64,000 nucleotides of DNA from Eledone cirrhosa. Lineage: Eukaryota. The DNA is taken from the NCBI GenBank assembly GCA_964016885.1, contig OZ024740.1:356128001-356192000 (forward strand), given 5' to 3'. The first letter of the stretch is position 1. Each line of letters begins with the position of its first letter. The position numbers and the translations under genes were made by a program. Shown piece after piece: positions 52,426 to 64,000 of this stretch. The notes below the pieces were generated by a model, which did not search any database, was not told where the DNA came from, and saw only the letters and a program-made list of their open reading frames with translations.

Positions 52426-52702
52426 GACTATATATATGTGTTTGTGTCTATATTGTATCTGTATTTTTGACCGTTGGTCAGTGAATGGTAACATTGAGGA
52501 CCGAATAAATTAAATTAACCGATATAAAAGACACAGAAGCGAAAACCAACCAAACAGTGAGTGTGTTCTGTTATTAATTCTGGCAATATTATTACACAAA
52601 TATGACCCTCCCCAAGTATAACAATATTTGTTTCGACACACGATTTCATATCAAAAACCTCACCAAAATAATTCATCGCTGTTATATATATATATATATA
52701 TA

Positions 52703-52905
52703 TCATCATAATCATCATCATTTTACGTCTGCTTTTCCCTGCTTGCAAGTGTGGGACAGGTCCTATTTAGCACAGCATCTTTCCACTTGTCACGGTCCTT
52801 CGTCATCTCCTCCGTGAGCTTCAGCGATCTGAGGTCCACTCGCACCACCTCCGCCCATGTTTTTCATGGTCTTCTTCTACTGCGTCTTCCTTCTACTTAC
52901 ATTTC
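52703..52905 (-). mobile_element. RTE second-subfamily 3' fragment
   Basis: Similar to 27068-27270, including the GAT-type tail. Confidence 0.85.
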
Positions 52906-53040
52906 TTGTGTTCATTCTGAGTAGCAATTTCTAAATTACTTTATCACTGAGTGCTTTGTGACAGTCTTGAAATTCAATCGGATGTGAATATCTGCTATTT
53001 GCAGCTGCAACTTCGTTTATACTAATTATTATAAATATAT

Positions 53041-53389
53041 GGAGGCACATGGCTTAGTGGTTAGAGCATTGGCCTTGCAATCGAAAGGTTGTGAGTTCAA
53101 TTCTCAGACCGGGTGATGTGTTGTTTCCTTGAGCAAGACACTTTATTTCACATTGCTCCAGTTTACTCAGCTGTAGAAATGAGATGATAAGGACTGGGTT
53201 CCCTATCATTCCACTGCAAAGTGGACGTGTAGGCGCCACGGCAAAAAAGCACCCAGCACTCACTGTAAATGAGGTTGGTGTTAGGAAGGGCATCCAGCTG
53301 TAGAAATCAAGCCAGAATCAATTCCCGTCCCACCCTTGCAAGCAGGGAAAAAGTGGACGTAAAGTGAAATGATGATGAATGATGATGAT
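53041..53389 (+). mobile_element. SINE family A, second full copy
   Basis: Closely matches 21814-22158. Confidence 0.92.
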
Positions 53390-56260
53390 ATATAAATATA
53401 TGTATATATATAATAAATATCATCATCACCGCTTTACCTCTGTTCTTAGATGGATAGATAGATCCAAATATTTTATTATTTTATTATTTTCAAAATTGAA
53501 ACTGATAGGTAGTGTATTTCATTAAAAATATGGTAACAATAGAGTTAATATAAGATGGTAAGAAGTGATTTAAAAGAATTTGACTGCTATTTCTGGCAGA
53601 TGAAGTAACTGCATAAAGAGTCCTCATCGGCTGAACTTGTTGTTGATGGAGGTGTCTGCTCTAGTATTGGTGGTGGTGGTACCATGGATGGTAGTGTTAC
53701 AACATGGCCAGGTGCACCTCAATGATAACAACCATATTTTGACAAAATCTACACTGAATGAGTTTGAATTTTATTTTTTAGAAATAAAAATAACTTATAT
53801 CTGACCCTTATTAGACGGATTCAGATAAGAGATTCCTGCTTCATTTATAGGAAAGAACATTCATTTTTTTCTGTCACATTAGATCACATCCAAGAGTAAG
53901 CCATCTGTCTCTTTGATAGATAAACCTTGATAAATAAAGTTGGTATGATGCACTTGTTAGTCTTAGACTGTATGACTGATAGTTGTAGTGGGTTGAAGCA
54001 GATTAAGGAAGATAATATTTCATGACTTGTTACCAACATCTCTCTGTGTATCTAAGGTCAACAAACTTAAGTATTCCTAGACCAGTCTTCCTTTCTACTA
54101 TCTATGAGTTAAACTGTTTACTTATTTACTAGTCTGTAAGTTCACAGTTCACTGGTCTTCCAGTCTAACAGTTTTACTAGTGTATTGGTGTACCAGTGTA
54201 CCAGTCTACCAATCTTTAAGTCCACCAGTTCACAAGTCTACCAATCTACTAATCTACCAATATACAAGTCTACCAATCTTCCAGTTTACCAGTTTAATGA
54301 TTTACCTGTCTACCGATATATCAGTCTACTAAATAGTTGATGGGCACGTTTTGTTGGCACAGATCATACCAAGAAGTAGAGTTAAAAAGCTAATAATGCT
54401 TTGCATGAGTCTGTTGTTGTTGTTTGTTTGTTGTTAATGTTGTTATTTTTATTTATATCAAAAGCTGCACTATCTAATATGCTTCCAATTTAGATAACCA
54501 CTAGAATATTTATTGCTCTTTTCCACAGATCTGCAGTTGCAGCCACAGTCCTGAATTATATATCTTAGCTATGCACACAATATAAAATACAAAGCATTAC
54601 TTCTTCAGTTAGTTGACAATTACCCTATTTTCTTAGACATTGTAGGAGGAGGACTTAAGGAATCATTAGAGCTTGAGACAAGATGCTTCACATTATTTAT
54701 TTTGGCTCTTTATATTCTGAGTTGAAATCCCATCATTGTCCACTTCATCTTTTATCCATCTGGGGTTGATAACATAAAATACTGATCAAGTACTGAAGTC
54801 AATTTAAATGGTTTATATTGGTTTCTTCTAGGCCTCTCCAAACAAAAGGCTGTGGCTGAGAGCCCTAAATAAATCTTCCTAGTATAGTTTGCACTTTAAG
54901 AGCAGATGAGGGTGTAGATCCCAATGATCTCAGTATGTCTGTGAGGAACAATTGTCCAAGAAATTATTAACTTTGATAAAGGAAGTTTGTACTTAATGTG
55001 ATCATTGTATAATTAACTAAGGCTTAGTTAGTCTGTACTTCTAACTTCAAGTTATTCTGATAAAAGTCAGGCTTCATCATCATCTTCATCCACATTATTT
55101 AATGCTTGTTTTCTCAGCTAGCAAGGGATGGACAGGTCATTCTTGACAGAGGAAAGACTCATGTAGAGCTACTGACCTCTTAGATGGGCTGGGAGAATTA
55201 TTTGTAGCTAGTCTCTGCTTCAACCAATACTATAACAGGGCGCTGGATGTGAATATAAAAATAAGGGCTTGATTAACCATTAAGCAAAATAAGCACACAT
55301 TTAGGGCATCTGGGAAAGAGGGGCATCATTTTATTTAAATTAAATGGAACAAACTACCTGCATCAGTTGTCAGCTGTCGGGACATTGCATCCTCCAAAAC
55401 TTCCGAAATTCGCCAACACTACACCTGATATTCCCCCACCATACACACACATGCATGTGTGTGTACATATCATGACTAATACACTGTTTACTTTCCTGAT
55501 ATTTATACATTATTCTATGTACTATACATGCATCTTTGATGAGTTATAGTGCACCTGGACACTGTACACAATAATTTTCATAATAATTATTTACTGACAA
55601 TAATTTATAACTTTGCCTATTAATCCGTGTATTTGTCATTAAAAAAAAAAAAAAAATTGTAGACTTTATTATATAGTGAGTGGGCAGGGGCTAAAATCTT
55701 TTAACTTCTTAGGGCTGCAAAAGGACTTAATCCAACCTTGATTTAAACTTAAACTCTACAATTTCTATCTATTACATCATTGAAACTGATAGTGGGTACT
55801 CGATGTGGCCATTGGATATGCTGGAAATGGTGAGTCAATTACCCACTTGACAACATTACAAGAGAAAGATGACATCTATGGACCATTGATATGGAGTCAC
55901 TAAATTTAGTATCCAAAATATACTTTCAGCTTTATACCCTATATGAAGGGAGCTATAAGATATGCTTTTTTCAAAGCAACCTTGATAAAAATATGCATTA
56001 ATAGAGTGAAAGCGCGCAGCTCCTTAATTCATTTACCACAAATGATTATGATACCTGTGACAACCAAATTATGCAAGTCCTTTATATTGAAAGGGTGGAT
56101 GGTGCAGAAAGGATGATGAAGAAAACAAGACTTTTTGAAGAAAACAAAACTTTGCCACTGAGCAGGTGGCCAGATAAAATAAACTTAAAACCCTCCAACC
56201 AGAGAGAGATATGTACGTACGTACGTACATACATACATACATACATACATACATACATAC

Positions 56261-56831
56261 ATGAGACACGATGGGATAGCTAGAACCATCTGGAACGCAC
56301 TTCGGAAAACAAAATTAAAAACAAACGAGGAAGAATATATTGAGACAGATGGCACTAAGGAATACTGGTGGAACCTGAAAATAAAAACTGCCACCAAATT
56401 AAAGCACAACCGAACTGATATTGTTGTTTGGGACCACACATTGAAAACGTGTTCTGTTGTGGAGATCAGTTGCCCACTTGATGTAAACGTTGTCAGAAAA
56501 ATACAGGAGCAGGAGGACATCTACGGACCATTGATGAGGAGTTTACAAATCCAGTATCCAAGATACACCTTTAACTTCATACCCATCATTATTGGAGCTA
56601 CGGGTTATATACCAACCCGCTTGGACCAATGTATAACCGAACTTGAATTTGCGGACAAAAAGCACAACTCCCTAATTCATAGTCTACAAATGGCTTCGAT
56701 AGCTGGCACCATCAAAATTTGCAAAACATTCTTGCGATTCAAGGGATGACAATTTCTTTTTTTTTTTTACAACCTTGCCACCAGGAAGGTGGCCGGTCAA
56801 AAATATACTCGAAATTAAGAGAAAGAGAGAA
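56261..56831 (+). mobile_element. 5'-truncated R2/R4(Dong)-group non-LTR element: restriction-like endonuclease ORF 56261-56749 + 3'UTR, inserted in (CATA)n
   Basis: RHD...WWN...HNRTDIVVWD...VVEISCP...FIPIIIGATG; (CATA)n at both junctions. Confidence 0.9.
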
Positions 56832-58302
56832 CATACATACATACATACCTATATACCATGCATACATATAAATACACATGTATATATTTGTTTATGTGTG
56901 CAATACTTATGCACACAGACAGACAGACACAGGCACGCACACACACACACACACACACATACGCCGATGAAAGTTATATACATGCTGGGAAATTTGAATT
57001 TGTAACTGCTCGCTCAGATCAGTCTACAATTGTCTTTACTCCTGACAAGGCTCGTAACTCTGGCTGCTCTATTTTGCTTGATCAACTAAACAGTCTGATT
57101 TCCCTTTTGTAGAAGTGATTCTATACTTCATTGCTGAGCTTATAATGAGAAGCATATTTGGATTTATCTTCATTGACTAACGTTGTTTATTCGCTACGTA
57201 TCTTCGCTACGTATCTTTAAGTAGCTATTTAATGTTCCCGGCATCATTATATATTAATATTAAACTGAACAAAACATATATTGCCTTCTATATCGCTGAG
57301 TAGTCAGCATTTACCGTTAGTCAATGCATACATACATACATACATACATACATACATACATACATACATACATACATACATACATACATACATACATACA
57401 CACACGCACATACACATACACACATACATGCATACATAATGCACATACATACATACTATATAGCCAAATTTCTTTCAATTGGTGAACATTTATACAATAA
57501 AACCTAAAGATACATACATACGTACATACATGCGTACACATACACATACATACCTACGTACATACATACATATATACATATGTACATACATACATACATA
57601 CGTACACAAACATATACATACAGACGTACGTACTTACGTACATCCATCCATCTACACATACATACACTAATTGATTACTCTCATCAACTGCTGGTGCTGA
57701 TGTCTAAACACTGGATATCTTAAATATATATAAAATGTTTTATCAACCCAGACTTTCGGGTGTCTAAAATATTTCTCGACAGAAAACATTTGTTATTTCA
57801 CGATACATGTATATTAATTCATGTGCAAATTAATTCATGTGCAAATTCATGTGCAAATTCTTCACTGTCAATTCCATTTAATGATGCAAGGGAGATAAAT
57901 CATCATTAGTTTTCCTTTCTCGCACAATACGTAAAACTACGTACATTTAACAGTTCCTTTAACATTGAATATTTTGAAATAATTGTTTCTACTTTAGGCA
58001 CAAGGCCAGCAATTACGCAGTACATTATTGGTACTTTATTTTATCCACCCCGTAAGGATGAAAGGCAAAGTTGACCTCGGCGGGATTTGAACTCACTAGT
58101 ACGTGAGAGAAATTAGGGTAGAAGGTAACTGTGTGGAATTACACATATATACACACATATATATATATACCGCTTGGCACCGCCGTCGGGATTATACCTC
58201 TCTCTCTGTATATATATATTATTATGTAATAAACAACATAAGGCAATTATTCCATTTACCAGTGGTTTCCTTTTTTCCTGGACTTTTCCGACGGAATTAC
58301 TT

Positions 58303-58374
<72 letters not shown>

Positions 58375-58781
58375 AGAGATGACCCCTTAGCCTTTGTCAA
58401 GGCAGAATTCTAGGAGAAGGAAAACTCTGATATAACACCTGCAACCCTGATGGTATCCAATGATGTTGACTTGTTCTTCTTTTTGGTAAATATTATCTTG
58501 GTTAAGAGAGTGGGACTGGCTTTGTGCAGTGCCTTTGCTCACTATAAAAGCTTCACGGCACAGGCATTGCTTTATATCTGGAGATCTCTCTGCACTTGTC
58601 GTCACATGGTACCATTGGCCCAGCACTATGTGTCAATAATTGTCACAGGTGTAGTGTTTGTACCAGAGTTTTCAAGTCGCTGGCTGGACTAAAAAGTCAC
58701 ACTCGTTCAGCGCATTGGTAGGGGTTCTCCTACATGGATATAAAGTAGTGGCCGTACTCGAAAACGAGTTGGCAGCCACCA

Positions 58782-59063
<282 letters not shown>

Positions 59064-59187
59064 ATAAGGAGTTGACGGACCCACCATATTTATCAATGCC
59101 AGGACCGGTTGTATCTCAGCGTACTCCATGGGCAATGTAAGATACATATACATAGTTATTCGCTTCAATACGGTGCCTATACGGGTG

Positions 59188-59274
<87 letters not shown>

Positions 59275-59334
59275 AACAGATATAACAATATAGAAGAAAT
59301 ATATTAGGTTACCGCTTGAAATAGCAGGTAGAAG

Positions 59335-59372
59335 GTCTTAACGTTTCGGACGTTAGACTTTCATCAGGAGAA
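59335..59372 (-). ncRNA. Minimal hammerhead-like motif, weak stems
   Basis: Minus strand CTGATGA-AAGTCTAACGTCC-GAAACGTTA-AGA with a palindromic AACGTT stem III; near (TA)n. Confidence 0.5.
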
Positions 59373-60187
59373 AGAATAGGAAATTAGAAAGATTGAAAGG
59401 ACGGGCAGGGTGGAATTGGAAGTGTTTGTGTGTGTATACGTTTGTGTGTAAATGTTTGCATGTATGTGTTTGTGCTAGTGTTTGTTTATGTCCCGTAAAG
59501 TAACGGTTGGACATAAAAAAAAGATGAATGTAATATGTAACTAGATTTGAAAAAATTGTAATGACGTGGATATGATAAACTAAATGCCTTCAAAGAGGCG
59601 CAACATCAGCGTCATAGTTTCATGACTGAAATTAGTGAAAAGACAAAATATTTGATAGTACAACATTTAAATTTCCTGCATTTGCCCCAATCTGAGGGAG
59701 ATAACTCCATATAACATTTGCAGTTGAAAGTAATTACGTTCGTTTTTTTTTTCTCCTTGTCTTTGTCCTGTGCGCTCCTTGTATATATTTATCTATCTAG
59801 GGCGGGTAAAATCCCCGAGATAAAAGTATATATATGTATATATAATATATAATACATGACTATGTATGTGTGTGTGTAGCATGTGTGTGTGTGTGCGAGT
59901 GTGTGTATGTATGTGTGTATGTGTGTGTACGAGTGTGTGTATGTATGTGTGTATGTGTGTCTGTCTGTATGTGTATGTATGTGTGTGTGTGTATGAATGT
60001 ATCTATTATCTTTATATTTATCTATCTGATACTTACAGTGATTTTATGCACATGCGCACTGATACCTAACTTTGGCCTGTGTCCTTAACTTTATAGAGGA
60101 ATAGTTATAGAGATGATCGGTAAAACTGAGCTCTGACAGGTTTGACTTGAGTGTAAATCAGTGTAGAAATACTAAATAATTTTTGTT

Positions 60188-60724
60188 AATAATAGTTTCT
60201 GATTTAGGCACAAGGCCTACAATTTGGGAAGAGGGGAAAGTTGATTAAATCGACCTTAGTGCATTACTGGTGCTTTATTTTATCTACCTCATGATGAAAG
60301 GCAAAGTGGACCTTGATGGGATTTGAACTCACGACCAAAAGAGCAGGAATAAATGCCGCAAAGCATTTTCTCCTACATTCTAAAGATTTTGAAAATCCAC
60401 ATTTTTGTTAATAATTGTTTCTACTTTTGGCACAAGGCCAGCTATTACCCAGCGCATTACTGGTACTTTATTTTATCGACCCCGTAAGGATAAAAGGCAA
60501 AGTTAACTTCGACGGGATTTGAACTCAGACAAGTAAAGGGACGTAACTATGCTGGAAAGCATGGCGTCCGACCCTCTACCGATACTGCCAATCCACCGCC
60601 TTTGTTAATAATGGTTTCTACTTTTGGCACAAGTCAGCTGTTACCCAGCGCATTACTGGTACTTTATTTTATCGACCCCCGTAAGGATGAAAGGCAAAGT
60701 TAACCTCGGCGGGATTTGAACTCA
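60188..60724 (-). mobile_element. Tandem array of three SINE-B copies
   Basis: Copies at about 60188-60400, 60410-60600 and 60607-60724, separated and flanked by TTGTTAATAAT. Confidence 0.88.
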
Positions 60725-60758
60725 TATCTTGTTAATAATGCTTGCAAAAGTGTATCTT

Positions 60759-60789
<31 letters not shown>

Positions 60790-62619
60790 AAACCCCATGT
60801 ACACATTCACGTACACACGCAGAAACACAGAGACAATCTGACCACACACAAACAAGGGCACATGCATGCACGTAAAGGCACACAGATTCCCTCACTCATG
60901 CACAAACACATATATAACGCACACAGACACTCATACAGGCATACAAACGCACACACGCACATAGACAGAAAATTACGTACACACGCACGCACACAACAGA
61001 CACACAGACGCTCAGACACACACACAAACACATATACTCTCTCTCTCTCTCTCACACACACACACAAACACACACACATACACACACATACACACACACA
61101 GGCTGTGGTGCTCAGATGCTGAATATGTAGAATTTTCTTTTCAAACTTAAATGACCTAATCTATAATTATTTTTAAATGAAATTCTTATCTTAATAAACG
61201 TACGCTTATAGCTTCGATGATACGCACGGGTATACACACATACATGTGAGTGAGAATAATGTGTGTGTGTATAGATATATAGATATATGTGTCTATATAT
61301 ATATATGTATATATATATATAGAGAGAGAGAGAGTGAGAAAGAAGGAAAGAGAGAAAGAGTGAAAAAGAGAGAGTGGTGTTGAGAAAGATTAATGGAAAC
61401 TTGAAGGAAACATAATATTTTAATTTAAAGGAAAACCTGTTCTGTTTTGTCATTCCAGAAAAAAGAATATGTGCCAATGCTGTGCACCATGCTTTTCTTC
61501 ACCCCATCGCACCGTGCTTTTCTACACCCTCCCTCATTTCACCCCACTCTCTCTCTCTCTGTAACATCTATGTATACATTTCTATGCATGTAACATGTAT
61601 TATATCATCCCTAGATCATATTAATTTAGAGCGATGTTAAAATATTTAAGTGTATTAATTCTAGATCTCCACAATAAATTCGTATAAACCTTCATAGCGC
61701 AAGGTGAATAGAAACACAATGAATTTCGATCCTTATACGGTACTTACGGAAACCCATGAAGTGTCAATATTCTGATAATATTGGCATCTTATATACGGAT
61801 AACGTCAGAGAGCAAGTCTCTACAACTAGATGAATTGATCTGTCGAGAATGAAGTGTCTTTTTTGGTTATGGCCCTGATGACAGGATAAACATTATATCT
61901 CGGCACTTAGCTTCACTTTTTAACATGGATCTAGAGTAAAATATACTAATTTCTGTGAATGAAACATAGCTAGATGGTCAAGAAGTTCACTTCGCAATCA
62001 GAAGTTTTCAGATCCAATCTCCGTTTTGGACAAGTGACGTTCACCATAGCATCGGGTCGACTCAAGAGTAGTGAGTGAAACTGAGTTGAAGGAAGCTGTT
62101 TGGAAGTCCATTTGATGGTTTGTATCTGTAATTGAAAGGGTCAACATGTTCATAATGAATCAGTCACGCTGAATTTCTCAGATAATTACATTAAGCGTAC
62201 ACATATATGTGGAACACTCAGTGATTTACACGTTAATAAATCGAGGAAGTTGTTCCGGTAATCAACTGGCAGGAACGCTCATCGGAGGTTAATTAAATTT
62301 CATATTAAATTCTAATACTGGCACAAGATCATCAAAGAGCAGTTGATAAAATTTACTCTGCAAGAAAGAAAGGTTATCAAGTAAGGTGAGATATAACTTA
62401 GGACGTACAGAGATGTAACAAAAAAATATGGCATTTCGTGTGTCACTTTACCAATTCTATCACCTACCACCTCTTTAGAGGAAATGTTTTACATCGGTGT
62501 GGATGTCATTGATAAACCATCTCAGCGAGACAAATGTCTTGAAGAAGGATGAAACAAAATACCTCCGTGTTATATCGATTCTATCACTTAATAACTTCTA
62601 GACCACGACAATAATATGA

Positions 62620-62977
62620 ATAATGATTTCTGATGTAGGCATAAGGCCAGCAATCTGAAGGGGGAGGTAAAAGTCGATTAAATCGACCCCAGTACTTACT
62701 GGTACTTTATTGTATCGACCCCGTAATGATTAAAAGCAGAGCTAACCACGGCGGGATTTGAACTCAGAACGAATAATAATAATAATAATAATAATTGTTT
62801 CTACGTTAGGCACAAGGCCAGCAATTACCCAGTGTATTACTGGTACTTTATTTTATCGACCCCGTAAGGATGAAAGGCAAAGTTAACCTCGGCGGGATTT
62901 GAACTCAGAATAGCAAAGGCCGTAACTCTATGCGTCAAAGCATGGCGTCCTACTCTCTACCAATACTGCCAATCCAC
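62620..62977 (-). mobile_element. Two tandem SINE-B copies
   Basis: Family motifs repeated, with (TAA)n between the copies. Confidence 0.85.
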
Positions 62978-63059
62978 ATAATAATCTGAAGGATTCTTAA
63001 TTGTAGTACGAAATCAAAGCCCCCTCCCTCCCACTAGAAATTACCAAAAGTAGATAACA

Positions 63060-63540
63060 GCAGAATATATAGAAACAATTAATCACATTGTTTCTAGCTG
63101 CCCAGTCTAAGCCAAGAAAGAATATATTCTTAGGCATGGCAGAGCTGGGTTTTAATACACTGGAAGTTGTGTCAACATTATGAAATACAAACAGAAAAAA
63201 AGGTGGTTCATATACACATGAGAAAGGGTTTTAGAGAATGCAAAGTGTACCATAATCTGGAAAATACTAACACAGACAGACAGGGAAAGCAAAAATAATT
63301 GATCAAATATTGTAGCTAAAGACTCCAGTGAAATAAATAACGTTTAGCCAACGTATAATTCCCTATAGATGATAACATATCTCGCAAAGAAATTATTCAA
63401 GTATAAAGATTTGGAAATATAAATAACCAGAATGTTGGCTAAGAAAAATAGAATCAGACTTTATAGTAATAGATGACTTGGAAGTGAACATAAAATACAC
63501 TGAAAATTCTCCAATGAAAATCTCAACAAGCAGGTACTGT
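63060..63540 (+). pseudogene. Dong/R4-type zinc-knuckle + RLE remnant
   Basis: ETINHIVSSCPV*AKKEYILRH...HWKLCQHY...KYKDLEI read across stops and frameshifts. Confidence 0.75.
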
Positions 63541-63669
63541 ACATATTACGTTGCACGGCTTCAATACAATCCAAACAACATCACTAAAACACAACACTGC
63601 AGATAGCCAGGGCACACGGAGCTGCGTTTGATAATTTAGTGACAGCACACAATGAAAATAATACTACTG

Positions 63670-64000
63670 AATAATAATTGTTTCTAATTTAGGCACAAGG
63701 CCAGCAATTTGAAGGGGAGGGGAAAGTCGATTAAATCGAACCCAGCGCTTACTGGTACTTTATTTTATTGACCCCGTAAGGATGAAAGGCAGAGTTAACC
63801 TCGGCAGGATTTGATCACAGAACTTAAAGGACCATAACTCTATGCTGCAAAGTATGGTGTCCAACGCTCTACCGATATTGCCAATTCTCTGCTCTGTGAC
63901 TACTGAATAATAATTGTTTCTACTTTTGGCATAAGGCCAGCAATTAACCCAGTGCATTACTGGTACTTTATTTTATCGACCCCCGTAAGGATGAAAGGCA
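63670..64000 (-). mobile_element. Two SINE-B copies (the second is cut by the window end)
   Basis: Family motifs; TACTACTGAATAATAATTGTTTCTA is duplicated at about 63663 and 63898. Confidence 0.85.

Larger units (their letters stand above)
48809..52620 (-). mobile_element. Penelope-like element (Neptune-like RT + GIY-YIG) with inverted 3'-end duplication (48809-49747 vs 51644-52620)
   Basis: RT motifs TDKSG, PPLYGLRKDHK, GSMDVVSLYP, GAAIG..IAGDVANLFM, RYVDNI, LPVLD and HYAKP; CxxC linker; GIY-YIG NVVY...YIGETARSIGERIDQH; flanked by (TA)n. Confidence 0.95.

Noticed and set aside
52615-52682. Further hammerhead on the minus strand (TTGGTGA...GAAACAAATATTGTT)
   Set aside because: The core and stems are too degenerate to support a call.
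61870-61970. CTGATGA...GAAAC as a hammerhead
   Set aside because: No convincing stem II or stem I pairing.

Overview
AT-rich, repeat-saturated animal genomic DNA with no recognisable host protein-coding gene. The (TA)n/(CATA)n/(GAT)n microsatellites, RTE LINEs and tRNA-SINEs resemble cephalopod (Octopus-like) DNA, but that taxonomy is an inference. The window holds a 55-bp satellite (1-6189), three RTE LINEs with a PHD finger inside the RT region (one with an intact ORF), a Neptune-like Penelope element with an inverted 3' duplication, Dong/R4-type fragments, two SINE families, piggyBac-like MITEs and a Helitron remnant. About eight unrelated hammerhead-ribozyme elements sit in (TA)n tracts, several folded back into long palindromes. 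The most unusual feature is a 3.56-kb cassette (10487-14046) that splits a hammerhead element at a TA tract. It carries a spliced SGNH/GDSL esterase gene with 55- and 57-nt introns, a convergent stand-alone BACK-like ORF and a terminal fold-back, but no transposase or RT. All structures and homologies were read by eye; no searches were run.
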